This document shows positions 49,263 through 58,976 of a DNA stretch of 64,000 bases, in pieces. The translations under genes were made by a program, and so were the position numbers. The DNA lies in assembly GCA_036788295.1 (NCBI GenBank), contig DAIQNR010000005.1, forward strand, positions 7,402-71,401, read 5' to 3'. The notes beneath the pieces are model-generated. The model was not told the origin of the DNA. It saw nothing but the letters and a program-made list of their open reading frames with translations, and made no database searches. Origin of the DNA: Myxococcota bacterium. GTDB lineage: Bacteria; Myxococcota; Kuafuiibacteriia; Kuafuiibacteriales; Kuafuiibacteriaceae. Each line of letters starts with the position of its first letter. Position 1 is the stretch's first letter.

Positions 49263-49658
49263 TCAGCTCGGCTTCTTGACGCCGTACTTCGAGCGCCCCT
49301 TGTTGCGCTTAAGCTTGTTGGTGTTCGACGGCCCCTCACCGGCGGAGGCGTCGAGCGTCCCGCGCACGATGTGGTAGCGGCAACCGGGGAGGTCCTTCAC
49401 ACGACCGCCACGGACCAGCACCACGGAGTGCTCCTGCAGGTTGTGCCCTTCGCCGCCGATGTACGCCGTCACCTCGATGCCGTTGGTCAGTCGCACGCGG
49501 GCGACCTTGCGCAGGGCCGAGTTCGGCTTCTTCGGGGTGGAGGTGTACACGCGCACGCATACCCCCCGGCGCTGCGGGCAGGCCTTGAGGGCCGGGGACT
49601 TCGAACCCTTCACCGGGTCCTTCCGCGCTCCCCGAATCAGCTGGTTGATCGTTGGCAT
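49263..49658 (-). CDS. rpsL: 30S ribosomal protein S12 (start at [10 protein letters not shown]; small insertion near the C-terminus)
   Basis: …[39 protein letters not shown]…. Confidence 0.95.
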   Translation of the reverse strand: MPTINQLIRGARKDPVKGSKSPALKACPQRRGVCVRVYTSTPKKPNSALRKVARVRLTNGIEVTAYIGGEGHNLQEHSVVLVRGGRVKDLPGCRYHIVRGTLDASAGEGPSNTNKLKRNKGRSKYGVKKPS

Positions 49659-49756
49659 CCGCTCCACTCCCACCATGGGAAAACCCATGGGCGCATCCTG
49701 GCTCGCAGCTTCGCTGCTCGCCGAACCAATCGAGGTGGAAAGACAGAAGAGACGGC

Positions 49757-49781
49757 GAATAGGGCGTATTTGCCCCTATTC
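49757..49781 (-). promoter_or_regulatory. Imperfect palindrome/hairpin (GAATAGGGC-gtatttg-GCCCCTATTC) in the long (~530-nt) rpsL leader/intergenic region; a possible leader structure, or a terminator for the upstream nuoN.
   Basis: Inverted repeat seen by eye in an AT-richer patch. A second AT-rich patch with a TTGACG -35-like hexamer lies at ~50150-50180 on the minus strand. Confidence 0.25.
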
Positions 49782-50190
49782 GTCCAGGCGAGCTCGCTCC
49801 AGCCTCGTTCGCGGTGGTGACCGCGGGCTGGCATCGCCTCTTCACCGGGCCGGTATTGCTGCGCGAACGCTTTGCACCGGCGGTGGTGATGTTCTCTTCG
49901 TCCCGGTTCGTGCAGCCACCCGAATCACGCCCGTCGCTCGAGCTGCAGGGGGCAGCTGGCGTTCGAGGATATCCTGGTGCCTTCCGTCACGTTCCGAGTG
50001 TCTTCGTTCCCCTTTCTCTGGGGCGCCTCCCGCAGACCCTCCCGCCGCTGTCGGTCGAGATGTGGTCAAAAGGACGACGACCCACGTTTCCCGTTGAGGA
50101 GGCGCATTAATCAGAGCGCGGACGGGGGTGTCAACCGGGAAAGCGGGAGTGAGCCGCCGCGGGGAGTCGGCGGGAAAAACAATTGTGTCG

Positions 50191-51702
50191 TCAAGGGTTT
50201 GGGGCGCCTTCGCGGGGGGCCAGCGATAGGCCAGCGCCGTCCACGGCGGCAATCCAAGCCCCGGGCAGAAGACCGAGGCCCAAGGTCAGGGCGACCGCCA
50301 AACCGACGCCGACGACGGGGGCGACCGCCGGTCGAAAGTGGGGCGCTGGCCCCGGTTCACGGTGCTCCCGCAGGTAGAAGGCGACGAGCACCCGCAGATA
50401 GACGAACGCGCCCACGACGGAGCCGAGAACGCCGATCACCACCAAGGTCACCTCCCCGGCCCTCAGCGCGGCGCCGAACAGCTGGATCTTGGCCAGAAAC
50501 GCCCCGGTCGGGGGCATGCCGGCCAGCGCCACCATGAACAGCGCCATCGCCGCCGCCAGGGCCGGGTGGGATCGCCCGATCCCGGCGTAGGCAGAGAGGC
50601 GCTCCGCCTCGCTCGCCCCGTCGGCGCGCTCGAGCAACCCGAGGACACCGAAGGCGCCGATGGTGGTGAAGGTGTAGGCGGAGAGGAAGAACAGCACCGC
50701 GGACGCCGCCCCTTCCGTGCCCCGCGCCGCCGCGACGACCCCGATGAGGGCGTAGCCGGCGTGGGCGATCGAGGAGTAGGCGAGCAGGCGCTTCACGCTG
50801 GTCTGGGTGAGCGCGAGCAGGTTGCCGACCACGATGCTCGTCGCCGACAAGCCGACCAAGAGCCCAATCGGCCCCACCCCCGCGGCAGGGAGTCCCGGGG
50901 ACAAGCCGCTGACCGCCGCCCGCACCAAGGCCCCGAGCGCCGCCGTCTTCACGCCCACGGCCATGAACGCGGTGACCGGGGTGGCAGCGGCCTCGTAGAC
51001 GTCCGGCGCCCACATGTGAAACGGCGCGGCCGCGATCTTGAATCCGAATCCGACGAGCACCAGCAACAACCCGGCAGCGAGCAGCGGGTCCGCCTCCCCG
51101 GATGCGAGGTGCATGCCGATCCACGCCCAGTCGAGTCGGCCGATGGCGCCGTAGGTGAACGCGAGACCGAAGAGGAAGAATCCGGTCGCGAAGGCGCCCA
51201 TCAGGAAGTACTTGAGCGCCGCCTCGGTGGCCCGGCTGTCGTTGCCCCTCATGGCGGTGAGCGCGTAGAGCGACACCGACAAGGTCTCGAGCCCGAGGAA
51301 GAAGGTGAGGAGGTCGCCGGACATGACCATCACCACCATCCCGATCATCGAGAGGCTGAGCAGAGCGTGGTATTCGCCCCGATCCATCGCGCCGTCCTCG
51401 ATGGCTCGCGCCGATCCGAGCAGCACGAGCGTCGCCCCTGTCAGCAGCAGCACCGAGGTCACCCGACCGAAGTCGTCCGCGAAGAGGGCGACCGCTCCGT
51501 CGGCGACGAAGAGCGCTCGACCGGGCTCCCCCACCTGCCAGCCGAAGAGGCCAGCCGCGACGAGAAATCCGAACCCGGTGACCGCGGCGGGGGCGGACCG
51601 TCGGCGGGGCGAAAACACCTCGATCATCAGCGAAGACACCGCCGACCCGAGCAGGATGAACACCGGCAGCAGCGGCGCGATGTCATGGCCGGTGATGTTC
51701 AT
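50191..51702 (-). CDS. nuoN: NADH-quinone oxidoreductase subunit N (antiporter-like)
   Basis: C-terminal 503 aa of the 1243-aa ORF in the track. Starts MNITGHDIAPLLPVF…; …APFHMWAPDVYEAAATPVTAF… ATGA overlap with the nuoM stop. Confidence 0.85.
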   Translation of the reverse strand: MNITGHDIAPLLPVFILLGSAVSSLMIEVFSPRRRSAPAAVTGFGFLVAAGLFGWQVGEPGRALFVADGAVALFADDFGRVTSVLLLTGATLVLLGSARAIEDGAMDRGEYHALLSLSMIGMVVMVMSGDLLTFFLGLETLSVSLYALTAMRGNDSRATEAALKYFLMGAFATGFFLFGLAFTYGAIGRLDWAWIGMHLASGEADPLLAAGLLLVLVGFGFKIAAAPFHMWAPDVYEAAATPVTAFMAVGVKTAALGALVRAAVSGLSPGLPAAGVGPIGLLVGLSATSIVVGNLLALTQTSVKRLLAYSSIAHAGYALIGVVAAARGTEGAASAVLFFLSAYTFTTIGAFGVLGLLERADGASEAERLSAYAGIGRSHPALAAAMALFMVALAGMPPTGAFLAKIQLFGAALRAGEVTLVVIGVLGSVVGAFVYLRVLVAFYLREHREPGPAPHFRPAVAPVVGVGLAVALTLGLGLLPGAWIAAVDGAGLSLAPREGAPNP

Positions 51703-53222
51703 GGCCAGGATCCGCCCGCTTCGAAGGCCAGCGGCGCTCGCTCCCGGACCGTTCGCACGAACGCGTCCACCGAGGCTCGGGTCGGTTCGAGCACGAGCCC
51801 GGGCCACAACCCGATCGCGAGCGAGCACCCGAGCAGCGCGCCGAGCACCCCGATCTCCCTGGGGCGAAGGTCCCGCAGCTGCTCGTTCGCTGGGTTTTGG
51901 AGCGGACCGAACAGAACCCGCTGGACCATGAGCAGCAGGTAGACCGCGGCGAGCACCACCCCGATGACCGCGACGGAGGCGTAGACGCGGCCGTCCGGGC
52001 CGGACAGGAACGTCCCGAGCAGCACCAGGAACTCTCCGGGGAAGCCAGACAGGGACGGCAGCCCCGCGCTCGCCATCGCCGCGACCACGAGCGCGGCCGA
52101 GAACCAGGGGAGCCGGGACGCGAGGCCTCCGAAGTCCGAGAGGCGGCGGGTGTGGCGCTGCTCGTAGAGCACCCCGATGAGGAGGAACAGCGCCGGGGTG
52201 CTGAGCCCGTGGGCAACGAGGATGAACACCGCCCCGCAGACCGACTCCGGAGTCAGGGCCACGAGCCCCAGCATCGCGAACCCGAGGTGGCTGACCGAAG
52301 AGTAGGCGACGAGCCGCTTGGCGTCGGGCTGGACCCAAGCCACCAGCGCCCCGAGCACGATGCCCACCAGCGCGAGCGCCGCGAGCACCGGGACGGCGGC
52401 GACGGCGGCGACCGGAAACAACGGGAACGCGAAGCGAAAGAACCCGTACACCCCGAGCTTGAGCAGGACCCCGGCGAGCAGCACCGACCCCGGGGTCGGG
52501 GCCTCGGTGTGGGCGTCCGGCAACCAGGTGTGGAGCGGAAACATCGGCACCTTGATGGCGAAGGCCACCGCGAACGCCCAGAACAGCCACGTCTGCTCGG
52601 TTGGGGACAGCGTGCGGGCCAAGGCGGCGTCGAGCCCGAAATTCCAGGCCCCATCGGGCTGAAGGGCCAGGTAGACGATCGCGACCAGCATCAACAAGGA
52701 CCCGGCCATCGTGAACACGAAGAATTTCACTGCGGCGTGGATCCGCCGAGACCCGCCCCAAATCCCGATGATGAAATACATGGGGACGAGCATGGCCTCC
52801 CAAAAGACGTAGAACAGGAAGAGGTCGAGGGCGACGAAGGCCCCGAGCATCCCGGTCTCGAGGGCGAGGATCAGGACGAGAAAGCTCTTCACCCGATCCG
52901 TGATCGAGGTCCAGGCCCCGAGCAGGGTGATGGGGAGCAGGAAGGTGGTGAGCAGGACGAGCACGAGCGCGACGCCGTCCAGGCCGGTGGAGTAGTGGAT
53001 GCCGAAGGCGGGGATCCAGGGGACGCGCGAGAACTCGACGAGGCCGGCGCCGGGGTCCCAGCTCAGAAAGAGGGCCAACGCGAGCCCGAAGTCGGCCACC
53101 GTGACGGCGAGCGCCGCCGTCTTCAGGCGCGCGGGGTCGGTCGCCGGGAGCAGCGCGAGGACGAGGGCACCCAGCGCGGGCACGAACACGACCGCGGTGA
53201 GCAGCTCCGCGGGGTGGGGCAT
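51699..53222 (-). CDS. nuoM: NADH-quinone oxidoreductase subunit M (antiporter-like)
   Basis: …FWEAMLVPMYFIIGIWGG…HTWLPDAHTEAPTPGSVLLAGVLLK…. Confidence 0.85.
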   Translation of the reverse strand: MPHPAELLTAVVFVPALGALVLALLPATDPARLKTAALAVTVADFGLALALFLSWDPGAGLVEFSRVPWIPAFGIHYSTGLDGVALVLVLLTTFLLPITLLGAWTSITDRVKSFLVLILALETGMLGAFVALDLFLFYVFWEAMLVPMYFIIGIWGGSRRIHAAVKFFVFTMAGSLLMLVAIVYLALQPDGAWNFGLDAALARTLSPTEQTWLFWAFAVAFAIKVPMFPLHTWLPDAHTEAPTPGSVLLAGVLLKLGVYGFFRFAFPLFPVAAVAAVPVLAALALVGIVLGALVAWVQPDAKRLVAYSSVSHLGFAMLGLVALTPESVCGAVFILVAHGLSTPALFLLIGVLYEQRHTRRLSDFGGLASRLPWFSAALVVAAMASAGLPSLSGFPGEFLVLLGTFLSGPDGRVYASVAVIGVVLAAVYLLLMVQRVLFGPLQNPANEQLRDLRPREIGVLGALLGCSLAIGLWPGLVLEPTRASVDAFVRTVRERAPLAFEAGGSWP

Positions 53223-53380
53223 GGGCGGGGGAGGTACAACGGCCCGACTGGGGGGTCAATGTGACCTCGGACGAACGTCTTGCCGAGCGACCCGGCCTCG
53301 AGTGGCCTCTAGACGGCAAAATACGATGCCAGATGTCGCTCGGAGCTGACCCCCGGTGCACCCGTATGCAGCGTGCGGGA

Positions 53381-53761
53381 ATGACGACGGATGAGCGCCG
53401 GTTTGCGGCCATCGGCCTCGCCGAGCGGTTCTGGGAGCTGGCCTGGGCCCAGAGTGCCGACCTCGGCGCGCTTCGGGGTCTGCTCGTGCCGGATGTCGTG
53501 GCGACCTGCGGCGGACTCGACCTGCTCGGCGTGGAGCCCCTCGAGCGATGGCTGGGAGGCTTTCGAAAACAGGTTGGGTCGGTGGAGTCCAGGGCCGAAG
53601 AGACGTTCGCGTGCGTGGACGCCACGCGGGTGGCGACGAGGTGGCGGGTGCGCCGGACCGATGGTGGCGACCTGACCGGGCTGTCGATCTGGTCGGTGCA
53701 GTGGGATCGAAGCACCCCTCGCCTCGCCCGGGTCTGGATCGAGCACGGACCGAGCGACTGA
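53381..53761 (+). CDS. SnoaL/NTF2-like small protein (putative ester or polyketide cyclase-like fold); ATG 53366 is an alternative start
   Basis: …ERFWELAW…VPDVV… pattern of SnoaL-like domains; weak. Confidence 0.45.
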   Translation: MTTDERRFAAIGLAERFWELAWAQSADLGALRGLLVPDVVATCGGLDLLGVEPLERWLGGFRKQVGSVESRAEETFACVDATRVATRWRVRRTDGGDLTGLSIWSVQWDRSTPRLARVWIEHGPSD

Positions 53762-53921
53762 GGGCGAGCTCGGTCTACCGTCTCGCCGTGTCGAGATGGG
53801 CGTGGCTCGAGGTCGGTTCCTGGCTCGTGTCCCCCGTTCAGCGCCGGTCGGCGCGCCGAACCGACGGCTACGCCGAGATCCGCTGGTGACCGGGGCGGCG
53901 CTGTCGCGTACTCACCCCGCA

Positions 53922-54593
53922 ATGTCCGGCTACTACGACCGCAAGCACCTCGCTGCGTTCCCCGAGATCGGGCGCGGCCACCCCGGGCTCGCCGGGGCGT
54001 TTTTCGGTTGGTACGGGGCGGTGTTCGCGCCCGGTGCGCTCGGGGTGAGGACGAAGAACCTCGCCGCCCTGGCGGTGGCCCACGCGGTGCGCTGCCCGTA
54101 CTGCATCGACGCGTACACCACCGCGAGCCTCGAGCACGGCGCCGACCTCGACGCGATGACCGAAGCGGTGCACGTCGCGGCGGCGGTGGCGGCGGCCTCG
54201 ACCCTCGATTTCGGAGCCCAGATGGTGCGGCAGGCCGCGGCCCTGGGCGCCGGGGACGGACCAGGACCTGTGTCGCAAGGCTACTTTCATGCTGGCCACG
54301 TCGAGGAGCGCCTCGGCGGCGGACCTCTCGACGAAGCCGAGCGAGCTTGGGAACGAGCGGTGACCGAGACCGGTGCGCTCGACCGGGAGGACAAGGCCGC
54401 GATCGCGGTGGCGGTCGCCCACGCCCTCGGTTGTCCGTACGCCATCGACGAGACCACCCGGCGGGCGCGGGCCGCTGGCCTCGACCTCCCGATGCTCACC
54501 GAAGCGGTGCACGTCGCGGCCGCCATCCGGGGCGGCGCCGCCCTCGTTCACGGGATCCAGATGATGGAGCACCTCGAGAGGAGGCCGGCGTGA
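53922..54593 (+). CDS. tandem AhpD/carboxymuconolactone-decarboxylase-like protein (arsenosugar-biosynthesis-associated peroxidase-like family)
   Basis: Two repeats, each carrying the AhpD-core motif (AHAVRCPYCIDAYT…; AHALGCPYAIDETT…). Stop overlaps the GTG of the downstream radical SAM gene. Confidence 0.65.
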   Translation: MSGYYDRKHLAAFPEIGRGHPGLAGAFFGWYGAVFAPGALGVRTKNLAALAVAHAVRCPYCIDAYTTASLEHGADLDAMTEAVHVAAAVAAASTLDFGAQMVRQAAALGAGDGPGPVSQGYFHAGHVEERLGGGPLDEAERAWERAVTETGALDREDKAAIAVAVAHALGCPYAIDETTRRARAAGLDLPMLTEAVHVAAAIRGGAALVHGIQMMEHLERRPA

Positions 54594-55687
54594 CCCCTCT
54601 GCGCGTTCTCAGCCCCCACGAGATCGAAGGGCCGAAGGCGGCGAGGAGCCTGCTGTCGCGGAGGGACCCGCTCGCCCCTGCGGCGGCGCAGCGCCGGCGC
54701 CTGGGCGAGGTGCGGGTGCGGGGCGAGGTCCCGGACTTCGACGCCGCGCTCGACCGGGCCGGCGCAGCGCTCGCGCGGGGGTCGGTCGGGATCCTGCAGC
54801 TCAACCTGGGCAAGCTCTGCAACATGACCTGCAGGCACTGCCACGTCGACGCCGGGCCGGACCGAACCGAGGAGAACATGGACCGGTCCACGGCGGAGGC
54901 CTGCCTCGACCTGCTCGACCGAACCGGCGCCCACACCGTCGATCTGACCGGAGGGGCCCCCGAGCTGAACTCGAACTTTCGGTTCCTCGTCGAGGAGTCC
55001 AGGGCGCGGGGCCGGCACGTCATCGACCGGTGCAATCTGACCATCCTGCTGACCAAGAAGATGGCCGACTTGCCCGCCTGGCTCGCCGAGCACCAGGTCG
55101 AGATCGTCTGCTCCCTGCCCCACTACGCCGTGCGCAACACCGACGCCCAGCGGGGCGACGGCACGTTCGAAAAGTCCCTCGAGGCCCTCAGGCGGCTCAA
55201 CGAGGTCGGCTACGGACGGGGAGATCCGGGGCGCCGGCTCACCCTGATGACGAACCCGGTCGGGGCCTTTCTCGCCCCGAACCAGGCCCTCGTCGAGGCG
55301 GACTGGAGGCGGGCGCTCGAGACGAGGCACGGGGTGACCTTCGACCGGCTGTTCGCGCTCAACAACATGCCGATCAGCCGGTTTCTCGAGTGGCTGCTCG
55401 AGCGGGGCCAGCTCGAGGCGTACCTCGAGCGGCTCACGAACGCGTTCAATCCGGGCACGGTGGCCGGGCTCATGTGCCGAGACACGCTCAGCGTCGGCTG
55501 GGACGGCACCGTATACGACTGCGATTTCAACCAGATGCTCGACCTTCCCATCGAGGACCGGGGCCGGAGGCGGAACGTCCGCGACCTCGACCCCGACGCG
55601 ATCGTCGGCGGCGCGGTGCGCACCGGCGTGCACTGCTTCGGGTGCACCGCCGGGGCGGGCAGCTCCTGCTCCGGCGCCACCACCTGA
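54590..55687 (+). CDS. arsS: radical SAM protein of the ArsS family (arsenosugar-biosynthesis radical SAM, Cys-rich C-terminus)
   Basis: CNMTCRHCHV (CxxxCxxC) preceded by LQLNLGKL; C-terminal CFGCTAGAGSSCSG cluster; coupled to the AhpD-like gene. Confidence 0.65.
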   Translation: MTPLRVLSPHEIEGPKAARSLLSRRDPLAPAAAQRRRLGEVRVRGEVPDFDAALDRAGAALARGSVGILQLNLGKLCNMTCRHCHVDAGPDRTEENMDRSTAEACLDLLDRTGAHTVDLTGGAPELNSNFRFLVEESRARGRHVIDRCNLTILLTKKMADLPAWLAEHQVEIVCSLPHYAVRNTDAQRGDGTFEKSLEALRRLNEVGYGRGDPGRRLTLMTNPVGAFLAPNQALVEADWRRALETRHGVTFDRLFALNNMPISRFLEWLLERGQLEAYLERLTNAFNPGTVAGLMCRDTLSVGWDGTVYDCDFNQMLDLPIEDRGRRRNVRDLDPDAIVGGAVRTGVHCFGCTAGAGSSCSGATT

Positions 55688-55730
55688 CGTCCGGTTGCCG
55701 GCCGGACGGGGCGCTTGCTACACCTGAGCG

Positions 55731-57272
55731 GTGCGGGGCCTGCGGATGCTGCTTCGGCGGGGGGAAGAGCCGCTGCTCCACCTCTGGCTCGACCGCTCGG
55801 AGGTCGCGGTGGGCCGTGCCCCCACCAACGACGTGGTCGTGCCCGACGCCGAAGCGGAGGTGGTCGCGCGGTTCTCCGACCAGGGCAGCGGGCGGTACCG
55901 CGTGGTCCAGCTCGACGGGGGGCACCTGCTCGTGGACGGCCTGCCGGCCGCGGCCGGCGCCTATGTCGGGCCCGGAGACCGGCTCATGCTCGGCGGCTAC
56001 GTGCTCGAGGTCGGCGACGAGCCGCCGGAGCGGACCGGCCGGACCCGCGGGCACGAGCCTTCGGCGGAGGCGGACGGCCGGGGGGAGGCGTGGCTGTACG
56101 CCGAGGAGGTCTCCCACCGGCTCGACCCGGGGGCGCGGTTCACCATCGGCTCGGACTCGGGCAACGACCTCGTCCTCGAGGACCCCTACGTCTCCGCCTA
56201 CCACTGCCAGCTCGACCGCATCGGCGGGGCGTGGCGGCTCACCGACCTCGGCTCCACGAACGGGACCACGGTCAACGACCTCCGGGTTCGGGAAGCGGAG
56301 TTGCCGGAGTCGGCGCGGATCGGGGTCGGGGGGTACAAGCTCCGGTTCTCGGTTGTGCAAGATCAGTTGTCGATGGTGGCCGCGTCGCCGGCGATGCGGG
56401 AGGTGTTTCGGTGGGTGGAGCGCTACGCCGAGGCGGACGAGCCGGTGCTCGTGATCGGCCCGTCCGGGTGCGGAAAGGAGGGGGTCTCTCGCGCGCTGCA
56501 CGAGCGTTCGCGGCGATCCCGAGGACCTTATGTCGCCCTCAACTGCGGGGCGCTCGCCGGTAGCCTCATCGAGTCGGAGCTGTTCGGACACGTCAAGGGC
56601 GCCTTCACCGGGGCGACGCACGACAAGAAGGGCGCGTTCGAGCTCGCCCACGGGGGCACGCTGTTCCTCGACGAGATCGGGGAGCTGCCGCTCGAACTGC
56701 AACCGAAGCTGCTTCGGGTGCTCGAGACGAAGACGGTGCGCCGGGTGGGCGGCGCCGAAGAGATCCGCGTGGCGCCGCGCATCGTCGCCGCGACCCACCG
56801 AGACCTCGCCGGCCTCGTCGCGGAGGGGCGGTTTCGAGAGGACCTCTTTCACCGGCTGTTCGTGCTCGGGATCGCGATCCCGCCCCTGGCCGACCGGCCG
56901 GAGGACGTGGTCGCGCTGACGGAGCACTTCTTGAGCACCATGTCGCCGCGGCCGCGGACCATCAGCGACGCGGGCATGGCGGCGCTGATGCACCACCCGT
57001 GGCCGGGAAACGTGCGGGAGCTGCGAAACCTGCTCATCAGGGCGGTGGTGAGCACCGACGCCGAGCGGCTCGAGCCGGAGCACCTCGACTTCTCGCAGGG
57101 CGCGTTTGCCCGGCGGGAGCGAGGGTCCGAAGAGGAGAAGCGGAGCTTGCTGGCCGCGCTCGAGCGGCACGGCGGAAACCGCGCCGCCGCCGCCCGAGCG
57201 CTCGGGATCTCGAAGAGCACGTTCTACGACCGGGTGCGCCGGCTCGGAGTGACGGTGCCCCGCCGAAGATGA
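55731..57272 (+). CDS. sigma54-dependent transcriptional activator with two N-terminal FHA domains (FHA-FHA-AAA+-HTH)
   Basis: GAFTGA loop ([10 protein letters not shown]), Walker [17 protein letters not shown]-terminal Fis-type HTH ([16 protein letters not shown]), and two FHA-like segments. Confidence 0.85.
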   Translation: MRGLRMLLRRGEEPLLHLWLDRSEVAVGRAPTNDVVVPDAEAEVVARFSDQGSGRYRVVQLDGGHLLVDGLPAAAGAYVGPGDRLMLGGYVLEVGDEPPERTGRTRGHEPSAEADGRGEAWLYAEEVSHRLDPGARFTIGSDSGNDLVLEDPYVSAYHCQLDRIGGAWRLTDLGSTNGTTVNDLRVREAELPESARIGVGGYKLRFSVVQDQLSMVAASPAMREVFRWVERYAEADEPVLVIGPSGCGKEGVSRALHERSRRSRGPYVALNCGALAGSLIESELFGHVKGAFTGATHDKKGAFELAHGGTLFLDEIGELPLELQPKLLRVLETKTVRRVGGAEEIRVAPRIVAATHRDLAGLVAEGRFREDLFHRLFVLGIAIPPLADRPEDVVALTEHFLSTMSPRPRTISDAGMAALMHHPWPGNVRELRNLLIRAVVSTDAERLEPEHLDFSQGAFARRERGSEEEKRSLLAALERHGGNRAAAARALGISKSTFYDRVRRLGVTVPRRR

Positions 57273-57273
57273 C

Positions 57274-58665
57274 TCAGCTGAGGAGCGACAACACGACCTG
57301 CGAGCTGACGTTGGCCTGAGCGAGCATCACCGCGGAGGCCTGCTGCAGGATTTGTTGCTTCGTGAACGCCGCCGTCTCGGCCGCGAAGTCGGTCTCGACG
57401 ATGCGAGCCCTCGCCGCAGCGACGTTCTCGGCCGCGGTGGAGAGGTTCGACACCGTGGAGTCCATCCGGTTGAGCAGCGCGCCCACCGAAGCCTGGCGGC
57501 TCGCGATCTGGTTGAGCGCGTCGTCGAGGACCTCGATGGCGGTGCTCGAGCCGGCCTGCGTCCCGAAGTTCAGGTTGCTCGCGTTGGTCGCGCGGTTGGT
57601 GCTGAAGACCGCAGCCGCGTCGATCGCGACCGTCACGACACCGGCGCCGCCGACGTAGAAGGCCTCGTCGGCCTGCAGGGTGAGGCTGCCCCGGCCCTCG
57701 GCCGCGATGTCCAAGGCGGCGCCCCCGCCCGTTACGGCGATGTTGCGCCCGTCCACCGCGGTGAGCGTGAGGACGCCGCCGCTGTTGGAAGCGGACACCC
57801 CCGTCTGGCTGGACACCGCGTTGATCGCCCCCACCAGGGCGCCGCTCGCGTCGTTTGCGTCGGTGGTGACCTCGCCGACGGTCACGCCGTTGATGGCGAA
57901 GCCGGCGGCGGTAGCGCCCGCGGCCACCGCAGCGCTGGCGACGAGCACGGTGGCGTTGGCCTTGGCGGTCACCCCGTGGGTCCCCGTGCCGTCGTTGATG
58001 GCGGCGGCCTTGGCGATGGCGGAATACACGTTGCCGGCGGTGCTCACCGTGTCGTCGGCGGCGGTGGTGACGCGAACCGAGGTGCCGTTGATGGTGAGCG
58101 CGTCCGCGGCCCACGCGGCGTTGGTGACGGCCGACGAGGTGGTGTGCTGCACGACCTTGCCGAGGTCGCGGGAGGCGGCCCGGTTGAAGCTGAGCTCGAA
58201 GGTGTCGCCGGAGTTGGCGCCGATCTGGAGCTTCGCGGCGGAGAAGCTGCCGTCGAGCAGCTTCTTGCCGTTGTAGTTGGTGGTGGTCGCGATGCGGTCG
58301 ATCTCGGCCACCAGCGCGCTGGCCTCGGTCTGGATCGCGGAGCGCACCGCCGAGTCAGCGGTGTCCGAGGAGGCCTGCACCGCCAGCTCCCGCAGGCGCT
58401 GGAGCATGGTCTGCTGCTCGGACAGGGCGGAGTCCGCGGTCTGCAGCATGGAGATGCCGTCGTTGGCGTTTCGGGAGGCCTGGGTCAGGCCGCGGAGCTG
58501 GGCGGAGAGGCGGTTCGAGATGGCGAGCCCGGCGGCGTCGTCCTTCGAAGAGTTGATGCGGAGCCCGGTCGAGAGGCGCTGGAAGCTCTGGGCGAGCGCC
58601 TTCTGGTTCTGGTTGAGGGTCCGGGAGGCGGCCATCGAGGCCGTGTTGGTGAGGATGTTCAGCAT
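57274..58665 (-). CDS. fliC: flagellin
   Basis: MLNILTNTASMAASRTLNQNQKALAQSFQRLSTGLRINSSKDDAAGLAISNRL… and conserved C-terminus …ILQQASAVMLAQANVSSQVVLSLLS. RBS before ATG 58665. Confidence 0.9.
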   Translation of the reverse strand: MLNILTNTASMAASRTLNQNQKALAQSFQRLSTGLRINSSKDDAAGLAISNRLSAQLRGLTQASRNANDGISMLQTADSALSEQQTMLQRLRELAVQASSDTADSAVRSAIQTEASALVAEIDRIATTTNYNGKKLLDGSFSAAKLQIGANSGDTFELSFNRAASRDLGKVVQHTTSSAVTNAAWAADALTINGTSVRVTTAADDTVSTAGNVYSAIAKAAAINDGTGTHGVTAKANATVLVASAAVAAGATAAGFAINGVTVGEVTTDANDASGALVGAINAVSSQTGVSASNSGGVLTLTAVDGRNIAVTGGGAALDIAAEGRGSLTLQADEAFYVGGAGVVTVAIDAAAVFSTNRATNASNLNFGTQAGSSTAIEVLDDALNQIASRQASVGALLNRMDSTVSNLSTAAENVAAARARIVETDFAAETAAFTKQQILQQASAVMLAQANVSSQVVLSLLS

Positions 58666-58976
58666 TTTCGTTTCCTTCGCGAAGGCCTGGGCCTTCCCGC
58701 CTGGCCACGTCGTGTCGCCAGGGCGGGTGACTTTTCTCCGAGGCTCCGACCCTGGGGTCGCCTTGCCTCGTTGCTTCGATGAATCGGCGCCGCCGGGGGC
58801 CGATGCAGCGAGCGCGGGGATTTCGCGGGAAAGTCGGCTCCTCTTGCTACAGTCGAGGCCAGGCTCGGCCACTGGCCGAATGGGAGCGCTGTCTGGGCCG
58901 GTTCTTGGGGTCGGCTCGAAAATGCGCCGGCCATCGGCGCCAGGATCAGGCTTGCGCGAGCACCCAGGGCCGGCGA

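Noticed and set aside
50191-53922. Single 1243-aa ORF in the track spanning 50191-53922 on the minus strand
   Set aside because: Only its C-terminal 503 aa (from MNITGHDIAPLL, ATG 51702) are NuoN. Upstream, the same frame runs through nuoM (51699-53222, a different frame) and the nuoM promoter region as Arg/Pro/Gly-rich high-GC read-through, not protein.
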